Source of the DNA: Gammaproteobacteria bacterium
Lineage (GTDB): Bacteria > Pseudomonadota > Gammaproteobacteria > CBDBNL01 > JAAOII01
Direction: 5' to 3'
DNA: 64,000 nt
Assembly (NCBI GenBank): GCA_965209035.1
Contig: OZ242372.1
Location: 1,504,001-1,568,000, forward strand
Part shown: one piece after another, positions 1 through 9,262 of the stretch
Layout of the letters: each line of letters begins with the position of its first letter
How positions within the stretch are numbered: the first letter of the stretch is position 1
The notes under the pieces: generated by a model
Told to the model about the DNA's origin: nothing
Database searches by the model: none
Seen by the model: only the letters and a program-made list of their open reading frames with translations
Made by a program: the position numbers and the translations under genes

Positions 1-584
1 TGCGTGCGGAAACTGTGATGGTTGGGGGTGTGGGGGTGATCCCTCAATCGCGCCCGCTCAATTCGTCAATCTTTCAGAATCGTTGCGTAAACGCGTAACA
101 AATTGCCGCCGGTAATGGCGGCAATATCCTCGCTCTTGTAATTCAGTTTTGTTAGGGCGTCCCGGACTTTTTCGGTGCCCGCGCCCGCCGGCGAATCCGG
201 CGCCCGCTCAGTCCGTCAATCTTTCAGAACTGTTGCGTAAACGCGTAACAAATTGCCGCCGGTAATGGCGGCAATATCCTCGCTCTTGTAATTCAGTTTT
301 GCCAGGGTGCCCCGGGTTTTTTCGATGCCCGCGCCCGCCGGCGAATCTTGCTCCCGCAAGATTTTGGGTGAGAACCTAAAAATTGACGCGGGTGCGTGCG
401 GAAACTGTAATCGTTGGGGGTGACCCCCAATCCCTCAATCGCCGCCCGCTCATTTCGTCAATCTTTCAGAACCGTTGCGTAAACGCGTAACAAATTGCCG
501 CCGGTAATGGCGGCAATATCCTCGCTCTTGTAGTTCAGTTTTGTCAGGGCGTCCCGGACTTTTTCCGCGCCTGCCGGCGAATCC
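1..584 (-). repeat. Tandem copies of the 3' end (~130 bp incl. stop) of the dipeptidase-like gene
   Basis: TCAATCTTTCAGAA..GTTGCGTAAACGCGTAACAAATTGCCGCC...GGCGAATC occurs at 66, 216 and 458 (gene copy); 1-65 also matches 393-457; array may run past the window edge. Confidence 0.95.
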
Positions 585-1534
585 AGCCCCTCCGCATAAT
601 CATTATCTCGTTCGGTAAAGGCAATGCCGTTCACCAGTCCCGGATGCCTTTCGTAGCGGGTGGGTGTTTTGGTGTGCATTCCGGAAATATCGCCGCCCAA
701 GGCGATGTGTTTTGTGCCGACCAGGCCGGCGATATGCTCTATATGGCGAACCAGATCGCCAACATCGGGTGATTTCTTGTCGCGCGCAATTAAATCGGCA
801 TAAAAACTTAACGCCATAACCCCGCCGCCTGCCGCCAAATGCTTAATGCGCTCATCGGTAAGATTGAGCGGGTGCGGACAAACGACCGCGGCATTGGCGC
901 GGCTGTTCAGCAGGGGCATGTCCGTCAGTTGGCGAATGTGGTCAAATCCTTCGTTGTTAATGGCCGCCGTATCTATGACCATTCCCAACCGCTCCATCTC
1001 GGCGACGACATCTTTGCCGAAGTAGGTCAGGCGACCGCGTGTGCGCGCTTCGGCAACCCCGTCGGCGATGCGGTTGCGGCCGTATCCGCTCAGTTGCACC
1101 GCCCGCACACCCAGCCGCCAAAAATGGCGCAAGTTGGAAAGTGTGTTCAGATTCGCCTTTCCTTCCAGCGGGCGTCCGCCGCCCAAACAAAGAAGGATAC
1201 CCAGTTTTTCGGGATGCCGGCTTAAATCCAAGTCCGCCCGGCAACGGATGAGATACCATTGCCCGCTGTCCTTTTGTTCTTCCTCGGTCTGTGCTTCCTG
1301 CTGGCGGAGAACAACATCCAGATAATTCATCGCATTCCAGAAGTAGTTTTCCGATGCGGTGTTGAGCACCCGAGTTACCCAATCGCCGCCCAGGTCCAGG
1401 CCGAGCCGCGAGATTCCGGCCGCCAGCATCGGCTGTGCCAGATGTTTGCCCAGACTGTACTTGCCCGTGGCGTAAAAATCGGCGCAGATCTGTTCGGGGA
1501 TATGTGCGTGGGCGAGGGTTATTTTTGTTTGCAT
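458..1534 (-). CDS. Membrane dipeptidase (peptidase M19)-like protein with degenerate metal site
   Basis: GRLTYFGKDVVAEMERLGMVID, HPLNLTDE, GGVMAL, HIALGGD and GGNLLRV motifs typical of M19; several metal ligands appear substituted. Confidence 0.8.
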   Translation of the reverse strand: MQTKITLAHAHIPEQICADFYATGKYSLGKHLAQPMLAAGISRLGLDLGGDWVTRVLNTASENYFWNAMNYLDVVLRQQEAQTEEEQKDSGQWYLIRCRADLDLSRHPEKLGILLCLGGGRPLEGKANLNTLSNLRHFWRLGVRAVQLSGYGRNRIADGVAEARTRGRLTYFGKDVVAEMERLGMVIDTAAINNEGFDHIRQLTDMPLLNSRANAAVVCPHPLNLTDERIKHLAAGGGVMALSFYADLIARDKKSPDVGDLVRHIEHIAGLVGTKHIALGGDISGMHTKTPTRYERHPGLVNGIAFTERDNDYAEGLDSPAGAEKVRDALTKLNYKSEDIAAITGGNLLRVYATVLKD

Positions 1535-1578
1535 TTTTATTTTCGTTTTTGTTTTTGTTTTAATTGAATAGTTTGTTG

Positions 1579-2634
1579 TTAGATTCTCAGGCGTTCGCCT
1601 TGTTCGTCAAAGTAATAAATCTTGTCCGCGGGTACGGAAAACCCAATCTTGTCGCCGATAGTGCCGCGAAAAGTTTTGAAAACTTTTGCGGTAACGGATG
1701 TGCCGTTTGGTTCGCGCAGAGTGATCAAAGTGGAGTCGCCCAGCAGCTCTACCGAGAAAATCTTGCCGGTGATAGCGGACCGGTCGGCCGCACCGGGTGT
1801 CATGGTCTCGGCACGAATACCCAGAGTGCACTTCCGATTGCCAATCTTGGACGAAACCGGAATGCGAAGATTGCCGCAATGAAAGACGCCGCCCCGTGTC
1901 TTGCCGTCCAGCAAATTCATTGCCGGCGAGCCGACAAAACCGGCAACAAACACATTGTCCGGGTCGGTGTAAATTTCTTCCGGCGTGCCTAACTGGCGAA
2001 TTTCGCCCTTCTCCATCACGGCGACTCTGTCCGCCAGGGTCATGGCTTCCACCTGATCGTGGGTGACAAAGATCGTCGTTACTTTTAGAGTGTGTTGCAG
2101 GTGTTTCAATTCGGCGCGCATACTCAGACGCAGTTTTGCATCCAGATTGGAAAGCGGTTCATCCATCAAAAAACAATTCGGTTGGCGGACCATCGCCCGC
2201 GCCAAGGCAACTCTCTGCCGCTGACCGCCGGACAGAGCGCGCGGCTTGCGGTCCAAAAACTGTTCCATCTCCACCATGCGCGCCGCCCAAAGAATTTTCT
2301 CCTTGTGTTCGGCGGCCGGGACGCCGCGCATCTTCAGCGGAAAGCGGATGTTTTCGTAGGTACTTAAGTGCGGGTACAACCCGTAAGATTGAAAGACCAT
2401 TGCAATATCTCGGTCCTTCGGCTCCAGGTCGTTCACTACCTGATCGCCTATGCGAATTTCTCCTTCCGTCGGGTCTTCCAACCCGGCTATCATGCGCATG
2501 GTCGTGGTCTTGCCGCAACCGGAGGGACCCAACAGCACCAGAAATTCGCGATCGCGGATGTGCAGGTTGATGTTGCGTGCGCCGTAAAAACCTTGCCATT
2601 GTTTGGTCAGATTGGTGAGTTTGATTTCCGCCAT
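1579..2634 (-). CDS. ABC transporter ATP-binding protein (MalK/UgpC type)
   Basis: Walker A GPSGCGKT, signature LSGGQRQR, Walker B FLMDEP, TOBE-like C-terminus. Confidence 0.95.
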   Translation of the reverse strand: MAEIKLTNLTKQWQGFYGARNINLHIRDREFLVLLGPSGCGKTTTMRMIAGLEDPTEGEIRIGDQVVNDLEPKDRDIAMVFQSYGLYPHLSTYENIRFPLKMRGVPAAEHKEKILWAARMVEMEQFLDRKPRALSGGQRQRVALARAMVRQPNCFLMDEPLSNLDAKLRLSMRAELKHLQHTLKVTTIFVTHDQVEAMTLADRVAVMEKGEIRQLGTPEEIYTDPDNVFVAGFVGSPAMNLLDGKTRGGVFHCGNLRIPVSSKIGNRKCTLGIRAETMTPGAADRSAITGKIFSVELLGDSTLITLREPNGTSVTAKVFKTFRGTIGDKIGFSVPADKIYYFDEQGERLRI

Positions 2635-2746
2635 AGTATTCTTTGTTTTCTTTGGTTAATATTAGTTTAAAACTGTCTTCTTTAATTGGCAATTAGTTTT
2701 GCTCTAATTTTTGATTAGTCTTTACTTAATCCTTAACCCTTAACCC

Positions 2747-3622
2747 TTAACCTTTGACAGCCCCTTGTACCAAACCGGAAACGATCTGCCGTTGGAAAAA
2801 CAGAACCACGATGATAATCGGCAGGGTAATGGAGATGGCTCCCGCGGCGGAAATAGACCAAAAACGAATGTCTTCCGCGCCGAACTCGGAAATGGCGACG
2901 GGCATGGTAGCGGCGTTGAGTCCGGTCAAAATCAACGGCATCAAGAATTCGTTATAGGCGAGCAGGAAAGTGAACAAGGCGGTGGAAATGACGCCGGGCC
3001 ACATCACCGGGACAATCACTTTGAGAAATGCCCGGAAGCGACTGCATCCGTCCACCATTGCCGCTTCTTCCAGTTCTTTGGGGATTGTCATAAAGAAAGA
3101 GCGTAGCATCCATATGGTGAACGGCTGATTGATGGATACCATCACCAAAATTAAAAGCAGATGGGTGTCATACAGGCCCGTGATGCGGGAAATATAAAAG
3201 AAGGGGATGACAAACACCATGCGCGGCAGGGCGCGAAAAATCAGCGCAAAAAAGAGCAGCCAGAAACCGAGACGCCCGGGGTAGCGCGCCAGGGCATAGC
3301 CGGCCAGGCAGCCGATGGAAATGGAAATGACGACCGTGCCGACGGTCACGATCATGGAGTTGATGAAAAAATAAGTGAACCCTTCTTCCAGCCACAGAGT
3401 GCCGTAATGTTCAAAGGTGGGGCGAAACAGCCAGACGGGCGGGTTGGCAAAGGCGTCCTTGGTCTCTTTTACGGAGGTGAGAAAAGTCCATAAAAACGGA
3501 AAGGCGCAAACGAGAACCCAAAATGCCATAGCAACATAAATGAACGATGCGGAAAAACGCCGCCCGGCGGCGGTATCCGTCTTAAAAAAAGCGAGGCGTT
3601 TGGTGTTCATCTTGGTATTCAT
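2747..3622 (-). CDS. Carbohydrate ABC transporter permease (MalG-like)
   Basis: EAA loop ELEEAAMVDG, hydrophobic helices, GLVQGAVKG terminus. Confidence 0.93.
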   Translation of the reverse strand: MNTKMNTKRLAFFKTDTAAGRRFSASFIYVAMAFWVLVCAFPFLWTFLTSVKETKDAFANPPVWLFRPTFEHYGTLWLEEGFTYFFINSMIVTVGTVVISISIGCLAGYALARYPGRLGFWLLFFALIFRALPRMVFVIPFFYISRITGLYDTHLLLILVMVSINQPFTIWMLRSFFMTIPKELEEAAMVDGCSRFRAFLKVIVPVMWPGVISTALFTFLLAYNEFLMPLILTGLNAATMPVAISEFGAEDIRFWSISAAGAISITLPIIIVVLFFQRQIVSGLVQGAVKG

Positions 3623-4476
3623 CGCTCCGCTGTTTGCTCTTTATAGGTCATATATAAAAATGGCACCAACAGAATGAAGATGCCGACCAGCGTCAGCAAT
3701 GCCACGGAGCTGCCTTTCGCCACGGAGTCTTGCAGGATCGCGATGCGGTAATTGTAAAATTGCAGACTTTCCGTTCCGTGCGAGCCTTTGGTCATCACGA
3801 CGATGGGGTCAAAAATACGATAGGCATCCATCAAACTGATGATGGTCACAAAAATAACAAGCGATTGCAGGTGCGGGATCACCACATAAATCAGTCGCTG
3901 CCAAGCCCCCGCCCCGTCAACGATGGCCGCTTCCAGGCTGTCTTGCGGAACGGATTGAAGACCGGCAAAAAATACGATAATGGCAAAGGGAGTGACATGC
4001 CAGATGCTGTGCAGAATCAGCAGGCTGCGCGCCGCCGTTTGGCTGGCAAACCAATGCACTTTTAATCCGAGTAATTCGAGCAGATAAGAAACAAAACCGA
4101 AATCGCGAAATAACCAGGCGAAGACCAAAGTGCCGACAACGGGAGTGACGATGAACGGCAGCAGAGACGCCGAAATGACCGTGCCGCGCAGCCACTTGGT
4201 TTTGATGCGGTTGATGCCGAGGGCGACCGCCAGCCCGAGTATCAGTTGTGCCGGCAGCGTAATGAAAGTGTATATGAGAGTGAATTGCAACGAAGCCCAG
4301 AAACTTGCATCCGAGATGATTTCCCGGTAATTTTGAATGCCAACCCAGTTGAGTGTCCCTGCGTAAGAAAAACGATGAAATCCGAGCCAAATCGCCAATA
4401 TTAGCGGCACCAACATCAGTCCGAACATCAAGAGGATACTCGGCGACGAAAAATAAAGGAAACTGCGCAGTTTCAT
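3619..4476 (-). CDS. Carbohydrate ABC transporter permease (MalF-like)
   Basis: AGLQSVP..LEAAIVDGA EAA motif; ATGA overlap with the next permease. Confidence 0.93.
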   Translation of the reverse strand: MKLRSFLYFSSPSILLMFGLMLVPLILAIWLGFHRFSYAGTLNWVGIQNYREIISDASFWASLQFTLIYTFITLPAQLILGLAVALGINRIKTKWLRGTVISASLLPFIVTPVVGTLVFAWLFRDFGFVSYLLELLGLKVHWFASQTAARSLLILHSIWHVTPFAIIVFFAGLQSVPQDSLEAAIVDGAGAWQRLIYVVIPHLQSLVIFVTIISLMDAYRIFDPIVVMTKGSHGTESLQFYNYRIAILQDSVAKGSSVALLTLVGIFILLVPFLYMTYKEQTAER

Positions 4477-4561
4477 TTTTTGTAAAAGTGTGGTCTACCG
4501 AATACGGGCGGTTGCAACAAAGAGATGCTGTTTACAAAAGTTTGAATCTGTCATTGCTCTT

Positions 4562-5059
4562 TTAAGTTTTGTCGTCCCACCCTTTGCCGTTCAGGATGTC
4601 TATGTCGTGCTGGCGAAAAAAATCTATGATGTCCAGCAGCACCCAGTTGTCCACAATTTTACCGTCCTTCACTTCCCAGAAGTCCATATAACGCAAGCGG
4701 ATCTTTTTGTTGTTGTCGGGAGATCCCATGAGTCCCATGAATTCACCGACATGTGTCGCTTCCACATAGCCGGTGGCGGCCGCATACTTGCCTTCGGCAA
4801 GAAAGATATCCGGCTTGCCGCCCTTGTCGGGGAAGGCGTTCAAAAAAGGCCGCTGCCAGCCGTTTTGAAATTCCTTCAAACTGTTCTTGAGTCCCGCACC
4901 GGCGGGTCCCCGCCATTTTGCATCTTCGGCCCAATAGGCATCTTGCCCGTCAATCACATGACGATTAAGCGAAGCAAGCATTTCTTGCACCACTCGGCGC
5001 GTCTCTTCGGTTTGTCGTTTCGTTTCCGCTTCTGTCGGTTTGTTGTTTTCTGCGTTCAT
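4562..5059 (-). CDS. SnoaL-like ester cyclase family protein
   Basis: FLNAFPD, ATHVGEFMGL, MDFWEVKDGKIVDNW pattern. Confidence 0.8.
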   Translation of the reverse strand: MNAENNKPTEAETKRQTEETRRVVQEMLASLNRHVIDGQDAYWAEDAKWRGPAGAGLKNSLKEFQNGWQRPFLNAFPDKGGKPDIFLAEGKYAAATGYVEATHVGEFMGLMGSPDNNKKIRLRYMDFWEVKDGKIVDNWVLLDIIDFFRQHDIDILNGKGWDDKT

Positions 5060-5208
5060 CTTAGTTGTTATACATTATTTGTTAATTTAATTACTATTTT
5101 ATTGCTATTACTATTTTCAAAAATCCGCCGGTCTTTAATAAGAGCACCGAAGGTTTTTCTATTTTACATCTATTAAAACAAAATTGCCGCGCGGCACAAA
5201 TTGTGCGA

Positions 5209-5991
5209 TCATTGATCTGCCGAGGCGGCATCTGTATCCCGAATAGCACCGGCACTTTTTTCAATTTTTTTGTTGAATAAACAAAGGGTTCGCTCTTTTT
5301 TCTCGCCGGTTTCTTTTGGGTCCAAAAAATCAAAATACGGGCATTCATCGGCATACTTAAACCGAAACGAAGAATCAATGTTTTTGCCGCTTCCCATAAT
5401 TTTATCGCCATAATGTTTATGCAATATTTTGTTGGGGACACAGATTAGATTAATCTCTTCAACCGAAAGGTTTTCCTGATCGTAAACGATGCTAATGAGA
5501 TATGTTAAGCACGGTTTTTTGATTTCCTTGCCCGCTTCTTTTTTTGTATAGTATGCCGGCAAATTGCCTGCGATTTTTTTTGTTTTGTTTACATAATAAC
5601 TCGTTTGGTTTAATCCCAAGGGGATGCCATCTTTGTAGTCTCTTGTGTTTGTAGTCGCGGCTGTTTTAATGTCTATATGAACAAAAGCATTATAGGTTTC
5701 AAACATCATATCCGCCCCGATAGGAGAGGAATTGGGCATTCCAAATCGCTTGTAAAACCAATAGAAAATTCGTTTGGCACCTCTTGCAAATTCCGCATTT
5801 TTATTCGTACTCTTTTTTGCGAAGACATCCTTCCAATCGCCGCGTATTGTTTCTTTGGATGCCAACCCTTGTTTTATTTTTTCCAAATTTTGTGTAAAGA
5901 AATAATGCATATCTTGCAGATAATGATGTTCCCGGAACTCCATGCATTTCATTTCCTTCCGCTCTTTTGCCGTGATTTTGGAAGTGTTCAA
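5209..5991 (-). CDS. Putative type II restriction endonuclease
   Basis: PD-(D/E)xK-like GADMMFETYNAFVHIDIKT; low GC; TTG start overlaps the TGA of the MTase C-terminal frame. Confidence 0.65.
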   Translation of the reverse strand: MNTSKITAKERKEMKCMEFREHHYLQDMHYFFTQNLEKIKQGLASKETIRGDWKDVFAKKSTNKNAEFARGAKRIFYWFYKRFGMPNSSPIGADMMFETYNAFVHIDIKTAATTNTRDYKDGIPLGLNQTSYYVNKTKKIAGNLPAYYTKKEAGKEIKKPCLTYLISIVYDQENLSVEEINLICVPNKILHKHYGDKIMGSGKNIDSSFRFKYADECPYFDFLDPKETGEKKERTLCLFNKKIEKSAGAIRDTDAASADQ

Positions 5992-7357
5992 TCTATTCTT
6001 GTGCGGTAATTTTTATGCAGATGTTTTATATTAATTTTCCCGACACGCTGTTTCATAATATCAATAAAGGAGTCTTGAATTTCTGTCAAAATACACCGTC
6101 GCCACATTTCCAAAGAGGAGACTCCAAAGAGATGATCCCGGTAGTGCCGCTGCCGGCAAACGGATCCGGAACAATGCCGTTTTCGGGACAACATGCCGTA
6201 ATAGCCAAACGGGGTATTTGTTTTGGGTAAATTGCAAAATGCTTGTAGGGAGTATTGGCAACCGGACATACAAACAGGTCTCCGGGGTTTTTACCTTTGG
6301 GGTGAGCGGAAACATCTTGTCTTTTTTTATATTCAACGGTCATTTGCTTGTCATAAGTATTATCAAACTTTAAGATATTTTTCAATTTCATCCAATCTTT
6401 TTTACCGGGATAGGAACCTCCCGCATCCGTTCTAAACCAGTGTCCCGCCTTATGTTGGTATTCCTTTTTATCCATTTTTGTGATGAGTTCCGCGATGGTT
6501 AGTTTATTTTTTACGAGTGCTTCCTTTAGGTAATCGGCCATTTTATTTTGAGAAACTTGAATATCGCGATAAATGGTCCACTGATCGCCATTAACCGAAA
6601 CGCGGGCTCCCGGCGAAGCCCCAAGATTCTTTGTTTGATTTGCAAACTTTCCGTTATATTGATTTTTTTTCTGCCCCTCAAAAAAATCAAGACTGTCCTG
6701 AGTTCTATTTTTGTCTTTAACTTTTTGATCCGCCATCAACATTTTTTCGGAGTTTTGTGGGAGCGACATCTTGTGCGGAACTCTTACGGCGTCCATGTTA
6801 AGATACACATTTTTTTCCCAGTCATTTTTTGTGAAGAAAAAGATCGGCTCATAAGTATTTGTAAACCTGCTTTTCACGGGTGAGGGCATGTGGTTGGGTT
6901 TATACCAGATGATCTGATTTCTTAATAACCAGCCTTTTTGCTGCATCCCAATAGCAACGCGCTGGGGTATCATCTGCAAGTTTTTGTCACAGTATGTATC
7001 ACCGATATTTAAGAAGTAAGCGCCGTCGTCTTTTAAAATTCTCATAATCTCATCGCCGACATCCGTGATTTTTTGAACATATTCCGCAGGATGCCTTTCG
7101 GTTCCAATTTGATCCGTTGTTTCATAATCTCTTAAATTCCAATAGGGTGGCGAAGTCACCACAACGGAGATGCTTTTACTCGGAATTTTTCTTAAGGCAT
7201 CAAAAACATCTCCTATCAAGACACTGGGGGTCTCATCTTGGGGCAGAGATAACCAATGCTCGGAATCTTCCGCGAACTTTTCGCGAGAAGATAAAACATT
7301 GAAACTGTTTGTATTTTGTTTTAGCATCAACTTATTAAATGTAAAAAATAACCTCAT
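5988..7357 (-). pseudogene. N4-cytosine/N6-adenine (beta class) DNA methyltransferase frameshifted near its C-terminus
   Basis: VVTSPPYW and DPFAGSGTTG in ORF 6086-7357; expected tail RRCILTEIQDSFIDIMKQR lies in another frame ending 5988; 14-bp duplication at 6109-6131. Confidence 0.8.
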
Positions 7358-7590
7358 AAAAATTATACGACCATATCGGTCAACGAGTTATAAAATATTG
7401 GATATTTTTATTTAATAGCAGACTTCAAACTCTTTAAACTAAAATTGTAATCTCGCAGTGTGAACTCAAGTAATTCGTATAAAATGATTCTTATGACAAC
7501 TCGGGTGACAGAGAAGTGTTGTGGCTATATGCGACAAGATTGTTATTTTTTAGATATTTGAAAATAACAAAGAATTGAAACAGAACAAGA

Positions 7591-8424
7591 GTGATGAAAA
7601 TAGTATCCTTTAATGTAAACAGCCTGCGCAAGCGTTTGGAAAGCGGTCAGTTTCAGGCGATGGTTAAAAAACACGAACCGGACATCATCGGTCTGCAAGA
7701 AACCAAGGTGCGCGACCACGAGTTCCCGCTTGAAGCGGTAAGGAGTTTGGGATACGAGTGTGTATTTTTTGGCGAGCCGACACACTACGGGGTGGCGTTG
7801 CTTGCCAAATGCAAAATGGAAAACTCCTATTGCGGTTTTCCGGATGACGGGCCCGACAAGCAAAAACGCCTGGTCGGTGCCGCCTTTCCCCTGGCGGACG
7901 GGAGGCGATTGACGGTGATCAACGGTTACTTTCCGCAAGGGGAGAATCGCAATCACGAACGCAAGTTTCCTTACAAGCAATGGTTTTATGATCGTCTGAT
8001 GCGTCATCTGCGGGAGCAACATAATCCGGACGACCTGCTGGCGGTGATCGGCGATATGAATATCGCGCCGGAAGATACGGACATCGGCATCGGCGAGCAG
8101 AATGCCAAGCGTTGGCTGCGCGACGGCAAATGCGCTTTTTTACCGGAAGAAAGGGAGATGCTGGGGCGTCTGCGCGATTGGGGGCTTGTGGACAGTTTTC
8201 GCGCCCATCAACCCAACAATCACGATACTTACAGTTGGTTTGATTATCGCAGCCGAGGGTTTGATGTGGATCCCAAACGGGGACTGCGCATTGACCTGAT
8301 TATGGTCACCCCGGCATTGCAGAAACTCTGCGCGGATACGGGCATAGATTACGAGATTCGCGGCCTCAGTCGCCCCTCGGATCATGCGCCTGTCTGGGCG
8401 GCGTTTGATCTCGTTGGCGGCTGA
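7591..8424 (+). CDS. xthA: Exodeoxyribonuclease III
   Basis: SFNVNSLR, GLQETK, NGYFPQGE, GDMNIAP, GLRID, PSDHAP. Confidence 0.95.
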   Translation: MMKIVSFNVNSLRKRLESGQFQAMVKKHEPDIIGLQETKVRDHEFPLEAVRSLGYECVFFGEPTHYGVALLAKCKMENSYCGFPDDGPDKQKRLVGAAFPLADGRRLTVINGYFPQGENRNHERKFPYKQWFYDRLMRHLREQHNPDDLLAVIGDMNIAPEDTDIGIGEQNAKRWLRDGKCAFLPEEREMLGRLRDWGLVDSFRAHQPNNHDTYSWFDYRSRGFDVDPKRGLRIDLIMVTPALQKLCADTGIDYEIRGLSRPSDHAPVWAAFDLVGG

Positions 8425-9262
8425 CTCCCCTCCAAAGGGGCGGATTGCTCTGTTTGCCACTTGCCTGGCGGATATTTTTCGCCCGAGTGTTGCTCTGGCA
8501 AGTTTGAAACTGCTAAGCCGCGCGCACTATGTTGTTGCCCGCTCGTCGCGGCACACCTGTTGCGGTCAGCCCGGCTATAATGCCGGCGAGCCGGCAGCGG
8601 CCGGACGACTTGCAGTTAAGGTTCTTGCGGACTTGGATGCGCTGGAACCCTATGATGCTCTTGTTGTGCCGAGTGCATCCTGTGCCGGTATGATTAAGCA
8701 TCATTATCCGCGCCTTTGCCGCGGGAAAGATAAGATGCGCGCCGAAAAACTTGCGGCCAAGACTTGGGAACTGACCGAGTTCATGCACGCAAACTCTGTG
8801 CCGGTTTTTCCGGCGAACAACTCATCCGCATCGGCTGTCCCGCCGGAGCGGGTCATTTTGCATGACAACTGTGCCGGCCTGCGCGAACTTGGTATTACGA
8901 AGGCGCCGCGACAACTGTTACGCGCCTGTTGTGGTACCGAGCCGCTGAGCCCCGTCAAGTCCGCAGACTGTTGCGGGTTTGGCGGAACCTTTTGTGTGAA
9001 GTATCCGCAAATTTCGGCGCGCATGGCGGACAACAAACTCAATGCGATGGCGGATGCGAGTGGCTCGGATCAGCAACCGGCGACCGTAGTCTCCACTGAC
9101 CTGGGTTGCCTGTTACATCTTGCCGGTCGGGCGACAAGACGCAATCTGAACTTGCGTTTTTATCATATTGCCGAGTTCCTTGCCGGAGTTCGGAATAGGA
9201 TCCGACCGATCATGGAACATACCACCGCGGCCGGGGCATCTTTGTCCTTAAAAAAGAAATGA
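8384..9262 (+). CDS. lutA: L-lactate utilisation Fe-S protein LutA/LldE (true start possibly TTG 8414)
   Basis: LFATCLAD, TCCGQP, CCGFGGTFCVK, DLGCLLHL; first gene of lutABC. Confidence 0.88.
   Translation: MRLSGRRLISLAADSPPKGRIALFATCLADIFRPSVALASLKLLSRAHYVVARSSRHTCCGQPGYNAGEPAAAGRLAVKVLADLDALEPYDALVVPSASCAGMIKHHYPRLCRGKDKMRAEKLAAKTWELTEFMHANSVPVFPANNSSASAVPPERVILHDNCAGLRELGITKAPRQLLRACCGTEPLSPVKSADCCGFGGTFCVKYPQISARMADNKLNAMADASGSDQQPATVVSTDLGCLLHLAGRATRRNLNLRFYHIAEFLAGVRNRIRPIMEHTTAAGASLSLKKK

Noticed and set aside
1-584. DGR template/variable repeat pair (also considered for tkt and ubiH-like)
   Set aside because: Differences are not confined to adenines on one strand, indels occur, targets are metabolic enzymes, and no reverse transcriptase is in the window.
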